Assembly (NCBI GenBank): GCA_030248215.1
Contig: JASANG010004131.1
Coordinates: 434,001-498,000 of the forward strand
Origin: Enoplolaimus lenunculus
Lineage: Eukaryota
Reading direction: 5' to 3'
DNA length: 64,000 nt
Part shown: in pieces, positions 24,752 to 42,777 of the stretch
How positions within the stretch are numbered: position 1 is the stretch's first letter
Layout of the letters: each line of letters starts with the position of its first letter
The notes under the pieces: model-generated
Seen by the model: only the letters and a program-made list of their open reading frames with translations
Database searches by the model: none
What the model was told of the DNA's origin: nothing
Position numbers and translations under genes: made by a program

Positions 24752-25270
24752 CTGAAACAAACAAAATATATTAAAGACAAATGTAAAAAGCTGAAGTATT
24801 GTCGTCAAGGGAAACGTCAGTTTATTACCTGGTAACATAAGCTGAAGCTCAAATTGTACGCTTGTAATCATGTTGTGAGTTACCAGTAATCGTTAGTTTA
24901 GATAGAGCACAAAAATCCAACCGAGTCGTAAACCCGAATTCTCGAATGTGTGTAGCACCTATCACCAGTTGGTGACCGGTCTTGCATCTTTCGAACCAGT
25001 GAATGCTGAGATTGAAAATTTTGCATGCTTTTCGCATTTGAGTTCAATAACTGCAATAGTTAGCGAGTATGAAAACCTATTACTTACTGATGATAGTTGC
25101 TATAGACGTTTGGGAATACGGGCCTTAGAATGCAATTCTACAAGAATCCCATGAGCCATTTACTGTTTAAAAACTGCACAGACCAACACTGTAGAAAGGT
25201 CCAAAGTACTAAAACTCGAAAGAAATCAAATTGTTTTGAAGTCATTTTTTGCATCAAAAAATTTCAATTG

Positions 25271-25768
25271 TTAAAATTGAGGAGTTTCGGAATTTATAAA
25301 ATGGTGAAGTTTCGGAATTCTTAAATTTGAGGAGTTTCGAAATTTAAAAAATTGACAAGTTTCGGAATTCTTAAAATTGAGGAGTTTCGGAATTCTTAAA
25401 ATTGAGGAGTTTCGAAATTCTTAAAATTGAGAAGTTTCGGAATTCTTAAAATTGAGGAGTTTCGGAATTCTTAAAATTGAGGAGTTCCGGAATTCTTAAA
25501 ATTGAGAAGTTTCGGAATTCTTAAAATTGAAAAGTTTCGGAATTCTTAAAATTGAGAAGTTTCGGAATTTATAAAATTGAGAAGTTTCGGAATTCTTAAA
25601 ATTGAGGAGTTTCGGAATTCTTAAAATTGAGGAGTTTCGGAATTCTTAAAATTGAGGAGTTTCGGAATTCTTAAAATTGAGGAGTTTCGGAATTCTTAAA
25701 ATTGAGGAGTTTCGGAATTCTTAAAATTGAGGAGTTTCGGAATTCTTAAAATTGAGGAGGTTCGGAAT
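25271..25768. repeat. 25-bp minisatellite, about 20 copies (TTAAAATTGAGGAGTTTCGGAATTC)
   Basis: Direct reading; period 25. Confidence 0.95.
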
Positions 25769-26043
25769 GACCTGGATCAGAACAAAAGTCTTACCGGCTA
25801 TGGCAATAGGTTTGATACGACTTGTAACTTTTGAACCAAAAACAAATTAGGCATATTTTGAAATTATATCCCTTCGCTGAATTCCAAATAAAAGCTGTGA
25901 CCGTTCGTTCGTTTAAAAACCTAATGCAAACCGGCGACAGGTGTTACAGACGGCTCAAAATTCGGTTCCTTAATTCTGAGCTTATTTTCAACCCTTGGCT
26001 GATGTTGCATCCTCTGCCGATGCTTCAGACAAATTTGTCTTAC

Positions 26044-26216
26044 CTGATTCCTTCAGATTTCTCAATCAGCCCCGACCAGCGCGTGTTCATTGAACTCAGC
26101 CTTGTGTGCAATTCATCACGATCTTGAGCCGACTCAACCGATTCAAGCATTTTTGCTCCTGTTGTTTGGAGTGAGTTGAAAACGTCGCTGTGAGCATCTA
26201 ATTCCGCGCGAAGATC
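26044..26216 (-). CDS. dys-1: dystrophin exon equivalent to human exon 56 (DLRAELDAHSDVFNSLQ...MNTRWSGLIEKSEGIR)
   Basis: TTTCAG/GTAAGA sites; 173 nt; phase 0 to 2. Confidence 0.94.
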
Positions 26217-27449
26217 CTGAAATTAGGAAAACGAGTGCTTCATTAACATAAATTAAAATTAATGGCACGAAACGTTTTTAACACTTTCAATTGTGGAAAT
26301 ATTAATGCTTAATATGTATCTTGTAGCAGAATAATATTTAAAATGAGAAAATTTGCAATGACACTGGACTAAACCAGGAGAGTATATATAATTTGTAAAT
26401 GATAGAAAATTAAACCATTATTCTGTAGTCGATGGGCGCCGTCAGAATATTGGGTCGAGCTTTGGAATAATGTAGAGATCAAGGGCGGAACGTTTTTCAG
26501 CGGGACTGCAATAGCGACAATGGTGTACGCTTAAGCTTTGATATATATTTCTGCTTAGGCTTACATTTATGCTTATGCTTTAATATAAGCTCATTCTTAG
26601 ACTTAGGCTTAGGTATAAGTTCATTCGCTTTCGGCCCCATTCTATATATTGGCTGACCTATGCAAGCAGGGTGTTTTAGCAAGACGTATAATACAGGTGC
26701 TGCCATTGCAAAACAATTATGCAATATTTTTACTCTATATACCGCCTATACAAAAAGTTTATTACGTAATCCACAGAGGTGCCACTTCATCCCGCTGAAC
26801 ACATCTGCCGGTACCCGAGTACACCGCTGTTTCTTTTTCCTCTTAACTGCATTTAGCTGAATACTATGATCCGCTTTATATTCCGGCACTGATTTGCAGT
26901 TAACTACAATATAGGTCCTCGGGCCCGTTGCCAAGCGGTGGGGGGGTGGAAAAATTTTGGTCTCCTCTAGAACATTTTCAACCTTGCTTGTAAGTCATCG
27001 AAAACCTTTAAATGCCCCTCCTGAATAATTTTTAGCCCCTGCTAGCAAGGTGAGCTGGCTACGGGACCTGTGAGCCCTTAGTATTTTGCGGCCACTGCAC
27101 TACATTACAAAGACTGAAGCACTAATAGTTTCGAGATAATGTGCATATTAAAACATTGCAAATCTTATGATTTAGCCACTTCGTGCCACGCCGCACGCCG
27201 CCAAATAAATGTTGCCTGCCCTTTTTGTTAGCAACTCATAGCGGCGTGCGGTAGAATGGCGACATCCGGCGCAGTGAAGTATAGCGCAACCTTTATTCTT
27301 CTGAAATATACAGGCTCTTTTTATTTTTTGAATAACTGGTTACGAAAAAAGAGATGTCAACAAAAACCTAAAAATATACACCCTTCTGTTGACGAATAAA
27401 ACATTATTACGTAACTGTTCGAGGCGACAGAACGCTTAGAAACGAACCG

Positions 27450-27684
27450 CCAAACAAACCACCACACCAACATATCAATCAACCAACCAACCAAACAATC
27501 AAGTAACTAACCAACCAACCAACCAAAAAACAAACAAACAAACAAACACACAGAAACAAACAAACACACAAACAAACACACAAACAAACAAACACACAAA
27601 CTAACAAATAAACAAACAAACAAACACGCAAACTACAAACTAACTAACAACCATACAAACAAACAAATAAACAAACAAACAAAC
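27450..27684. repeat. (AAAC)n/(AACC)n degenerate microsatellite
   Basis: Direct reading; a similar tract is at 28066-28164. Confidence 0.9.
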
Positions 27685-27687
27685 CGC

Positions 27688-27886
27688 CGTTCACAATATA
27701 AAATTCAGCTCGGCCACAAAATGTGTCGTTAACTCTATCTCAACAATGAATTTTTTCTTTTTCAGAAATTAAAATATTCAAAAAAATAAGAAAAAAGAAA
27801 TAAAAGCAATAAATAATAAATTTTCCGTTGAGACTACGCTCAACGCGTGCCACAAACGGCCATGCTGAATTTTATATTGTGAACAG
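27688..27886. repeat. short inverted-repeat element
   Basis: GTTCACAATATAAAATTCAGC ... GCTGAATTTTATATTGTGAAC. Confidence 0.7.
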
Positions 27887-27924
27887 CCCATTATCAATTA
27901 ATGTTGCAGTCGAACAAAGCGTAC

Positions 27925-28065
27925 CCACCACGAGGGTACGGAAATCACCTACCTGGGGGTAGTGACTGTGACAGAAGTCGCCTAGACTCTGTCTGTAGTA
28001 TGTCTAGACGATCTTTATGTCGTACAGGTTCTGTGGACATAGCACGTGACTAATTGTTCAGGTAA
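27925..28065 (-). pseudogene. decayed duplicate of 28284-28424 (3' part of the giant exon)
   Basis: Gap-free alignment at offset 359; the copy has two in-frame stops. Confidence 0.8.
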
Positions 28066-28174
28066 AATAACCAACAAACGAACGAACAAGCCAACCAACA
28101 AACCAACCAACAAACAGACAAACAAAAAGACAAACAAATAAATAAACAAACAAACAAACAAACAAGTTACTCAC

Positions 28175-32092
<3,918 letters not shown>

Positions 32093-35000
32093 ATTTAAAC
32101 TAAGGATTGCGACTGCTGGCAATATATTGATTCATTGAATATTTACTGCAACATTTCGATTTGTGTAATAAGCGGAATCACTACCATTAAAAACACCATT
32201 AACCACTAACCATACAGAGATGCCAGAAAGACTTAGCTATGTTAAAACAACACTTTTGGCCACTCTAAACACGGTTGTGATCCAGTAGTAAACGCTGTGA
32301 AATCCAGCTATAAGCGTTCCGGTTAAAATTTTTGGTTCTGCACTAGTTGAGTACCCTACAGACCTGGCATAAAATGGTATGCTGATCCACAACCGAGTTG
32401 TATTCAGAGGGCAAAAGGTGCCGAACCGACCTGTTAATGATGTTTTGATTTTAAAAATATAAGAGCGATCTAATTGGGCTTACAATCAAGCACCCCAGTG
32501 AATAGCTGGAAGAGAACCGATTTTCAACAGGACAACAAAAGTGTAAATCAACTTAAGCTTTAGTGTGCTTTAGGCTTTAGGCTTAGGCCTGCACTTAATT
32601 ATAGGTTGACCCTTAGACCGTGGCTTAGACTTACGAATATGCTTATACTACTGTTACGGCCCTCAGCTGTACATGGGCCCAAAAATTTAAAAATTTAAAT
32701 GGCAGAACGCTCCAAAAAGGATACATTTTAATTTGTAAAAAAAACTCAAATCTGTCTAACTAACGGATACCCATAGGATTGCAAAAGCAACAAAAACGCT
32801 ACAAAATTACATAAACCAACTGAGTCTGCCGGTTAATCAGGCTTGCAAAACACTAACGCAGATTAGCGGTGCTTAGAATTTCATCTGCGAACAACAATTA
32901 TTATAGTAGTTCAGCTGGTACTGCAAAGTACAAAATCTAAAGAAAACGCTAATTAGAACCTGATGAGCTTAGCCATATTTTGTAGTTTGCACGAACAAAA
33001 GTGAAAATTTTGAGGCTAACATATGAACACCCACCCTGGTACGTAACTTTTCATTAGTCTGATTTCGACGGAACAAGCAGTATTTTACGCTGCTTATTTT
33101 GAGGCTCAAACTGACAAAGTTTAGAGCAAAAAATTATATTATAAATGATTAACCGTAGTTTGTATTTATAATGCGTTTGATTCAGATTCAATACTTGCAA
33201 CAAGACCATCGTTTTGGATCAGAGGGGCACCTCCCCTGAAAAATACGGACCCCCCAGAAAAGTTTATAAATATTGTTGTGAAATATAACAAAAGCTCACT
33301 TGCGCGTTTGGCGTTCCCGTTGCGACCCCTTTGCCAATGTTATATTTGGTCTGACTCATCGCTGCTTTGCGTTGATAGCTTGCAATTAAAAGTCTTTACC
33401 CATAAAATTAAGGACATACATGGTTTTAAACAAAACGTTGGTACCCTTAAAACTGCACATTGAATTTAACCGAACATTTTCGCCGACGCAGCGGACATAC
33501 GAAATCCTTGTATGACCGTCATGAATAATTCTGGCTTCCTCCCGAGCAAGTTGAGCTGGCTAATGGTGTGTTCGACGCGGTATTGAAATTTGTACGCGAA
33601 TACGAGCATTTTTAGGGCCTGATTTGTAACTTGGTTGTCTCTTTAGCAATATCAGCTGGCTAGTGGCCTGTTCGAAACGCAACTGCCGTTCGTATTCGAA
33701 GTTGTGCCAGCACAACATAGGCCACTTGCTGCCAAGGGTCCTACACTTTTAAGACCGCGCTATATATATACTACTCCATTTGTGATAGTTCACCAGCAAG
33801 ACAAGCCTTCATATAATTAGTGATTTAATTAAATCAGGTGTCTGCACCAAAGACATCAATTCTGAAACCAGAACCGTAAAATTGTTCTTCGGCAAGCGAT
33901 GAAAACCTTCTCTGATATTGATCTCAATCAGAAACTACAATTTGCATACAGGGTTGGTATACGTGACCGGTGCAGGCGGGCAGCCGGCTGGTGGCAGGTA
34001 ATGCAAATCGAATACTTGAGACTTAGGCATGAGGTGACCAACAGCGTAGCCAAGGCTTTTCTTTGGGGGAGATCCATGTTAATTATTTAAGTTTATTTTA
34101 TCCTAAAAATACACCTTGATTGTATAATTGTGAAAACACCTATTGTAAACAGCACTAGATTGTAGCTGCTGCACCTTAATTTCCTTTTATATCCACAAGT
34201 TTCATCGCTCGAATACCACCAAAATGTTTCAAATTGTTAAGTTTGCAGAATGTATACGTGCCCGTAGCCAAGGGGGGGGGCAAGGGGCCTCAGCCCCCCG
34301 TGGAAAAATTTGGGCACCCCAAGAATGTTTTCAACCTTGCTTGTAACTCATTGAAAACCCTTGAATGCCCCTCCAGAACAATTTGTAGCCCTCCCCTCCT
34401 TAGCAAGGTGAGGTGGCTACGGGCCTGATTGTGTGCTGCCTAAAGTTGCGAGGTACCTAATTTACGTGCATCCTGCGTTGTCTAGAAAATATAGCCAGTA
34501 AGTAACGAAGCGAAAAAAGCAGAAAATACAAACAACAAAACCCTACGGGAGAGCTGAAAACATTATAACAGCAGCAATTGGTGTATATTTCAGCATTTCA
34601 GCAATTTAACCGACAAATTCACACCCCGGCGATTTGCAGACCTAAGGATTAAGTGCAGACATAGTGAGTTTATTTCGTTTTTGAGCTTTGGTTACCATAA
34701 GCCGTTATTTAATTTTGCAGCAAATTCAAGCACATTGTAAACAACGCTTAGCGGATCCAACAATATCCGGGGAAGACTTGAAATCACAGCGCAAAATCTG
34801 TGTTACAGTTGGACATTATGGTGGGCGCTATACTTCTGACGACGTCCGGCGCCATCCGTCACCATATAATATTGTACGTGAGTAATTCACGTTCAATACC
34901 GCACGGTGACAACGGACGGCGCCGTACGACAAATATAGCGCTTCCCTTAGGGTTGCGCTATACTAGCCGCGCGCCGTCAGAGGCCGACGCGTGCACTTTA

Positions 35001-38000
35001 TATAAAAAATTACAGCACGCCACCCTGCACCGGCATTCGACGGCGCGGGCTGGCATCCAGCTCAGTACAGCATAGCGCAATCCTTAGGCTTGAGCTTTCA
35101 CGCTTAAACATTCAACAAGCTACATTATCCTGGAGTGTTAACCTCGCATTGTGTTTTAAAAGTTTAAGCCGTTTATTAGCTACAGTCTAATTTGCATCAT
35201 TAGTTAAGCCTAAATGAGGACTTTCTACATTATTTCACTAATCATTACAGTTAGAAAGAATTTAATTTCAGCATTAAAGAGTTTTTGGGTGCGAGGAATC
35301 TGAATAAACTGTTTACAAACCTCCAAAACCGATAATTCAGTAGTTAGCTAATAGATAACTTGCATATTAATATATTTTATAAGCCTAAATTACGACTTTT
35401 TACAATATTTCAATAATTATTAAGGTTAAAAGCAATCTACGCTTAAGCATGCAACAAGCTACAAATACGACAACTGTGTAAAATGAGAAGAAAATATTTA
35501 AAAGTTAGCACTATATTAAAGCGATTACTGGATTGACACGATACAGTTGAAAGTACAAGTGTAAAATTAACCAAAAATTACTTAAATTTGAATACATCAC
35601 TTTACATTCCCGTTCAACGTCTAGGAACTGTTGCTATACATTATGAGTTAACAAAAAAAGATTTTAAAGCTAGAAACATTATATATTAAGCTCCATCTAT
35701 GAAGGTATAGTCTAAAACATATGCATAAAATGTAACAAATTACTACTCAAAACAACCGTACATCACAATATATTCAGGGGCGTAGCCTTGATTTCGTTTC
35801 GTGCCGGTAAAATTTCTCAGTTTTTACCGTCTAGTATTCCCCACGTTTATTCTAAGGCACGTAATAAGGTTTTTTGGTTTTTCTGAAGGTGCTTCAGGAG
35901 CCAATACCCGTTACACCTCGTATCCCAGGCTCATAGCTAGCTTAACATACTATCGAAAGGGTAAGACAATTTAGGAAGGACATACGGTTGATTTAACAAA
36001 ACTTACAAGCACGATCGTGGCTAAAAAATTTCTACGGGCGGTAAAATTTTTTGGAAGAGGTCAGCGTTCCCTGGCCCCCTCTGATTACCGGCCGCGTTTA
36101 CCTTTGTATACGTGACCATATTCTACTATTAAGCTTTAAGAGATATATAGTGGGTTCTTCAGCCGGAAGTTAATTATAATCGACCATTGTCGGCACGCGT
36201 ACATATGATGGAGATGACAATTCTATTTAATGCAACCTAAACTAAACGATGATGGCTTAAAACAAACTCGGGGGGGCAGGGAAGGCTCAGCCCCCCTGGA
36301 AAAAATTTGCCCCTCCCCCGTAGAACATTTTCAATCTTTCTTGTAAGTCATTGAAAACCCTTGAATGGTCCTCCTTAACAATTTTTGCCGTCCCCCCACT
36401 CTAGCAAGGTGAGCTGGCTACGGGCCTGGCTCGAAAGGGTCAAGTCGCAAATGTTAAAATCTCGTCGACAAAGGCCGTGATAAGGTGAGAACTCGTGGAC
36501 CTTTGCCCCATTGATTGGTCCTACCAAGTGAATCTTTCCGGTTTCCGGCAGAGAAGTTTTCCTTGAATGGGGGTGCAATTTTGGATACATTGAATTCAAA
36601 CATAAAAACATTGAGGCTACTTTATTATAAAAGTGGGACAATGTAAAGAACAGCAGCGGAACAGTATTATAAACACATCCTGAGCATATTCCTAAGCCTA
36701 AGCCTAAGCCAAAGCCTAACCCTGGCAAAAAATAGTTTAAACTTTAAGCTTTATTCTAGTCCCACAGAAAAACGTTCCGCCCCTGATGTTTACATGGGGC
36801 TCAAAGTGAAACAAAGATATGGTTTGTCAAAGTCGTGTTACATGTCGAAGACATAAATCGCACCGAATATTGAGCTGTTTGTTTTATTTCTGAGTTAACG
36901 ATTTAGGAAATTGTAACCCTTGCTTGTAAGTCATTGAAAACCCTGGTATGCCGCTTCTGAAAACTTTCAGCCCTTCCGTAGCAAGGTGAGCTGGCTACGA
37001 ACCTGGCCGCACGCGACCAGGAACTGTTAGTAATAGAGTGGGTTCCAGAAATTACAACGGGGCATTGGAAACTTTTCGTGATATAAGATACTTTTACTGT
37101 TGTAGAAAACATTTCGGACTAGAATGGAGCGCAGATGTACGGTGCTCTGCGTTTATCGACAATTCAACACCCTAATTTCGAATCATGCATCACAGTGAAA
37201 CAAGACACAAATTTTGAATTTGAAGTTTTTGTAAAATGTAGAAAAAAATTTTTTTAAAATGTTTCTATATAATTTCAGTTTCCAATTATATTGTTTCAAA
37301 TTACCGAGCGCTTTTTTGTAGAAACAGCGCAAATCACGCGCAGCGCTACACGTGTATTTTTCACATTTCTAACCACGTTTTTTTGGGAAATTAAAAAAAA
37401 ATTAAAATTAGCACATTTTCAAGGTGAACATTTGACAACAAGGTGCACAAACAACTCCTGAAAACATGTTCCGACCCCCCACCTTCGGCGAACTTGTATT
37501 CGCGGTGACGTGCTTAGCCGTTTGTTTGAGCCGCAAAACAGACAGCCAAACAAAAATAGGATACCCCACCTAATCGACACAAAACCTATATATACATATA
37601 TTTTTCAGAAATTTCCGAATTCGCCACTGTCCAAGAATTGAAAAAATAATTCTGATCATTTATAATAAATGAAAACCAACTCGTAAAATGGTCCAGCCAT
37701 CATGCTGGATATAATACCTTTATTATAGAAATGAACTCATAAGTATAATTTATAATGCATCACAACCTATTGATAATATCCGGTGTTGATGCTATCTCAT
37801 ATGCTTTGCCAGACATCAAGGCGACAAATGGTCTTAAAATCTATTGTCAGGTTTCCCTCAGACACATTTCACATACATCTGTAAGTACTAGACTCCATTA
37901 TTCTGCTAGCGCTAGCCAGAAGCGTTGCCAAAATTACATTTCGGGAGAGTATGTATAACTTCACATTTTGAATTCTGGATTTTAACAGAAAATGCAAGTA

Positions 38001-40319
38001 AAACTGTTTTTTGTCATCTCTCTAATAATTTAAAGGAGGTGTATATGTTATATATATTATATAAATTATATATGTATATATATTATATATATTAGATATA
38101 TGTATATATAATATCTTAGCTTTTTTTGGTATAGGTATGGCCCTGGCGTGAGCCAGAAATCTCTCACCAGAGTTGAATCAACCACACAATACCGACGTTA
38201 AAAGTATTCATTTGCAGACTGAAATCAAACGGATGTTCGATATGAAAGAAATTGAATATTTGTTTATACGAGCAGTTGTAAGCATTAATATGCTACGGGC
38301 ATCAAGTCTACAGACAATTCGGTTCAAACGTTTAATTTCGTTCACAAATATGTTCACAATCGTTCACCATGCAAGTGGTTATTGAACAAGAGTAGAAGTG
38401 TTTCGGTCAAAGAATGAATATCGATTTGTTTCCAACTTTGTGCCACGCACTACGCAGCGGCAAGTTCTGCCTTGAACGTTGGGATCATAGCTATGAATTT
38501 GATGATTAAAATACTTAGTCTTTTCTGTTATTCCTTTATAGCCGTCGTTCGAAATGGGCCATATGTTGAAAATGTTTGCGTATTTAAGCTATTTATATTG
38601 AAAAATTATTAGAATTTAAAATACCGCGAGACTCAGTTACACAAACGAGCTTGAATGCTTTGAAAATTCTGACGTAAAAAAATTATCGACCATAATATCG
38701 CAACCGTAGGACATCCGAAAATAAAATTTTTCAAAAATTCAAATTTAAGCGTACAATGGCTTACAAAAAATTAATGACAAGCTTAATCGTGCGACGAAAA
38801 CCGAACGCACCCAACAAACCCAAAAAAAGCTGCTAAAACTACACGTTTCGGCGCACAACTAATTTTTGACAAATTTTACGCTTAAAATTCACTTTTCAAA
38901 ACGAAAGTGCAATGAAAGTTTAAGTACGTATAATGTAAGCTAACGCATTTCACTCGCAAACAAAGCCGACACACAAAAGCTGACACAATAATGAAACTGA
39001 AGTTATAGATTTGTGAAACATTTTATTGCCCACCCTCGGACCTATTTCAGGCGGGTGCGACTATGCTAACGCCGGCCCTGCCGACTGGAGAAAAGTAATG
39101 TTTCTGTAAATACATCTTAAATGACTCTTTTAGCTCTGTACTGTCAGAAACTTTTATTGTGCTGCATTTTCAAGCTTTGTTCGTTAAATTTTGTAACACA
39201 TTTTTGCTATGAAATCTTCCAAATATTCAACACCACATTGCTTCGAGGGAGTCGAGGGGCGGGGTGGTGTAGCCATGATATTAGGGCACGGGTACGTTCT
39301 ATGGCCGTTTTTTTGAAGAGGGTTGTTTTGGGAGTTCAAATCATCAGCCATATGCATATAAGTCGAATTTGTTTCGTTTCTTTATATTTTACATTAAAAT
39401 AATTTCTATTTGTGTCTATAAGTAACCAATCGGAATTAATGCTAAAGCTACTATAAACTTTGATTTGCTACAAATATTGGGTCTGGCATCTCGCTGACAT
39501 GATTTTCAAAGTAGGTACACTTTACCTAAGGACGGCAATAGACAGCTCAACATACTAGTGGGAGTGGCTTTAAAACAATCATATATACTACGAAGACAAT
39601 GCTGCTACTTTTAAGCACGGCAAAACCTTTGAAGAATGGATCCTAGAACAATTTTGGCCCCTCTCCAAGAAAATGTTCAACTTTGCTTGTAACTCAACAA
39701 AAACCCTTGTATACCCCTCCTGAAATATTTCTTACGCTCCTAGCAAGGTTATGCTCGCTACGTGCCTGCAGCTCCAGGGTCCCCTCTGCCTACAACCTCA
39801 ATTCTATTGTACTTGTATACGAAACTGTTTTAAGCCAGTCAAACGACAATTGAAGCAACTTAAACGCTCATTTAAAACCGATCCAAATCCAAAGTTCACA
39901 ATGAATATCGCATTAATATTCATAGACGCGTGCCACTACAATGCAATATCAGATATAAACAAATACAGCTGTAAACGCTGTATTCGCGTTCAATACTCGA
40001 CCCGGAAGTACTTTTGACTGTAAATTTTAATTTAATTTGTTGCTAACATTTTATTGAAAATACACCGAAAATGCATATATACCATATGCGAGAATTCAAA
40101 TGATACCTGAAGTTTTGAATTTGAAACCGATACGCCTGATTATATTTTAAAAAGTCTTTGAAGGGTTAATCAAATTTCATGTTTTGGTAACAAGAGCTTT
40201 GTAATAGAAGTAAACGTTGAAACGATTTCAATTTAGGTTATTTTGCTACAACAATGGGTCAGGCAGCATACTCAAATACCTGGTTAGTTGATCTTCATTA
40301 TCTAATACAGCCATTTCGG

Positions 40320-40489
40320 CAGGCTCGTAGCCAGCCAACCTTACTGGTGGGAGGCTAAAAATTTTTCAGGAAAGGCATTTAAAGGTTTTCGTGGACTTGC
40401 AAAGCAAGGTTGAAAATCTTCTAGGGGGGTGCAAAATTATCCCAGGGTGGGCTGAGCCCCCCCCTGGCTCCCTTTTGGCTACGGGCCCG
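40320..40489. mobile_element. hAT-like MITE (about 170 bp, CAGGCCCGTAGCC family), representative copy
   Basis: Perfect 8-bp TSD CATTTCGG. More than 12 relatives in the window share GCAAGGTGAGCTGGCTACGGG. Confidence 0.82.
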
Positions 40490-42045
40490 CATTTCGGTCG
40501 GTGTATTATAGGTACGTATTCGTCCTGTGTAAATTTAAACTATTCCTTAACATTCAATTTTTGACGAATGGGGGGCGCATGAGGGAAACTCGAACGAACC
40601 CTTTGAAGCTTTTATCTTTGTAATAAATGTACGAACTTTGAACGAAGAAGTTGCTCATTTTTAACACAAACTAGACACCGGACAGGGGGTTGCTAAAAAT
40701 TGAAAAAAACTCCGCGAAGATTTCTCACGACTTCAAATCGAAGACAACATTTTCCCAGCCTGGCCAAACTTTTCCTAGAAACGTTCAATGGGTAGCACCG
40801 TAAACTTCGGTTCCGGTATCCGGTACAAGCTCACATAGCTTTCTGCCCGATTATGCCCTTTTAATGATACCGTGTAGCGTTCGAAATAGCATTGTTTAGG
40901 TTTTGGTTTCAGTTTACCGTTGCGAAGAATGCGTTTGTGTGCCATATTTAAATAATATGATCAACCCATAAAATAGATAACAACCAATTTTCACTAGATA
41001 ACAAACTACAAACTACTGTTGCTTTTAAAAACAAAACATATATAAATTTGTGAATCGAAGCCGGGCCCATGGCCGCCGGAGTTGTGTGATCAACCTTTCC
41101 ATCTGCTATTTTGGACTTTTCCAACACGTCGAGCTGGCCGCGGATCTCATCGTGGCACTGGCTAACAAATCCAATAGCAACAGGATTTTGGTTCAATTAA
41201 CATCGTCCGTCAATCGATGTTTATAAACTTTAATTAGGATTTGGGGACTCTATCCGTTTACGCACTAATAAGCTTGTCGATGCTTCATTCTATAATTTAA
41301 ATACGTAGTCAAATGTCATAGCTGGGGGCGAATCCTGAAACAAAATTAACAGTTGTTCACAGGATGGCATCCATGAAGCCAAAGTGATACTTTAGCGAAG
41401 ACACTCGATTGATGCCATCTGTCGCGAAGCATTTTTCGATTTTATATATGATAAGCTTTCAAACTTTTGGCTCAATACGAACTGTGAGGAAGGTTTACGG
41501 CATCCAGTGAACTCGCCCGTGAATCGAACCCTCCAAACTTATACACACTTTGTAAAATTTGTAGTCTATTTAAATGAAGACATAGAATGTTAAAAATCAA
41601 CTAGTCTATATTTGCCTAGAATAAGATTAGCTCTGGGTAGAAGAACACAAACACAAGGGAATTTAAGCGAACGAAAATGATGCAACAGTTGTCAATAATA
41701 CATACCCATAGCCAGATGAACATGCTGAGTTGGGTGATGGGGGTAAAAACTGTTCAGGAGGGGCACGCTGAAATTTCGCATGACTTACTCGTAGGGCATC
41801 CTAGGGGGCCCAAAAACTTTAAGAGGGACTGATTGCCCCTGACATCCATGTGGTTACGGCCGGCGTCACTAGTATGTTGCTGCATAAAAATGTTTAAGTC
41901 AAACGCATACAACACGGAAATGTCGACGAATTTTTAATGTTAGTAAGACCTGTTACAGAGAACTAGAGAAAATAATAAAGTTTCCCAATTAAAGAATGAA
42001 TCCAAATTTGTGGTTCAATCGCCGTGTTTCACACAATTATATATA

Positions 42046-42499
42046 AATTGACCGCAGGATCCGGTGTCACGTTATTATCTGCCCCTGCTTACTTGTATGT
42101 ACCACATTTTATAAAAGATGTTGTTATGTCGGTTGTACTGAGGATATAGTGTTTTTGAAAATTTTAGCAAAACCGAAACCTACCAGTGACAGTCAACTCA
42201 ATATATAATTGGGGCTGCGAGTAAAAACTTTAAACGGACTTATTTATATATATTGGGGACAAATTCATAATTATATATTTATATATGCATTTGTCCCCAT
42301 ATCGCTAAAGTTTTTACTCGCAGCCCCAAAAATATATTGGGTTGAAACTGCAACTGGTATGTTTCGGTTTTGCTAAAATTTTCAAAAACACAATATCCTC
42401 AGTCAAACCAACAAAGCAGCATTTTTTACAAAATGTGTTACATGCAAGCAAGCAAGCATGGGGCAGATTATAAAGTAACCCGGTCCTGGTGGTCAATTT
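42046..42499. repeat. foldback element, arms of about 190 bp
   Basis: TTTTGAAAATTTTAGCAAAACCGAAAC / GTTTCGGTTTTGCTAAAATTTTCAAAA and GGGGCTGCGAGTAAAAACTTTA / TAAAGTTTTTACTCGCAGCCCC. Confidence 0.85.
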
Positions 42500-42777
42500 G
42501 TCTTATTTGCTTCAAAACAGATTGATTTAAACAAAGCAGTCAAAAATATACATTTTTCATTCAAAATTTTTATTTCTAAAATATTCATCACTCAGGCTTT
42601 GACCGCGCAGACCCTTAGGCCGGGACCAGACTGACCTCGATTATGATTCGCCCCTTCGACCAGGCCGTGCGCATGCATTTCAGTGCAGCGCTAATCAGAA
42701 ACTATTGTAAAGCAATTTTTGATATAATGGTGATAAATGCAAACGCTTGTTAGCCGTGTAGCCGTTGTAACTTGAAT

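Noticed and set aside
28058..28174. C-terminal VSNLFVCLFVYLF... tail of the 1354-aa ORF as a transmembrane segment
   Set aside because: It is translated (TTTG)n microsatellite downstream of a consensus splice donor.
40948..41196. Short coding-looking ORFs in the large intron (also 45397-45579, 46692-46907, 47561-47925)
   Set aside because: No recognisable domain and no convincing splice-site pairs; cannot be supported without a homology search or RNA data.
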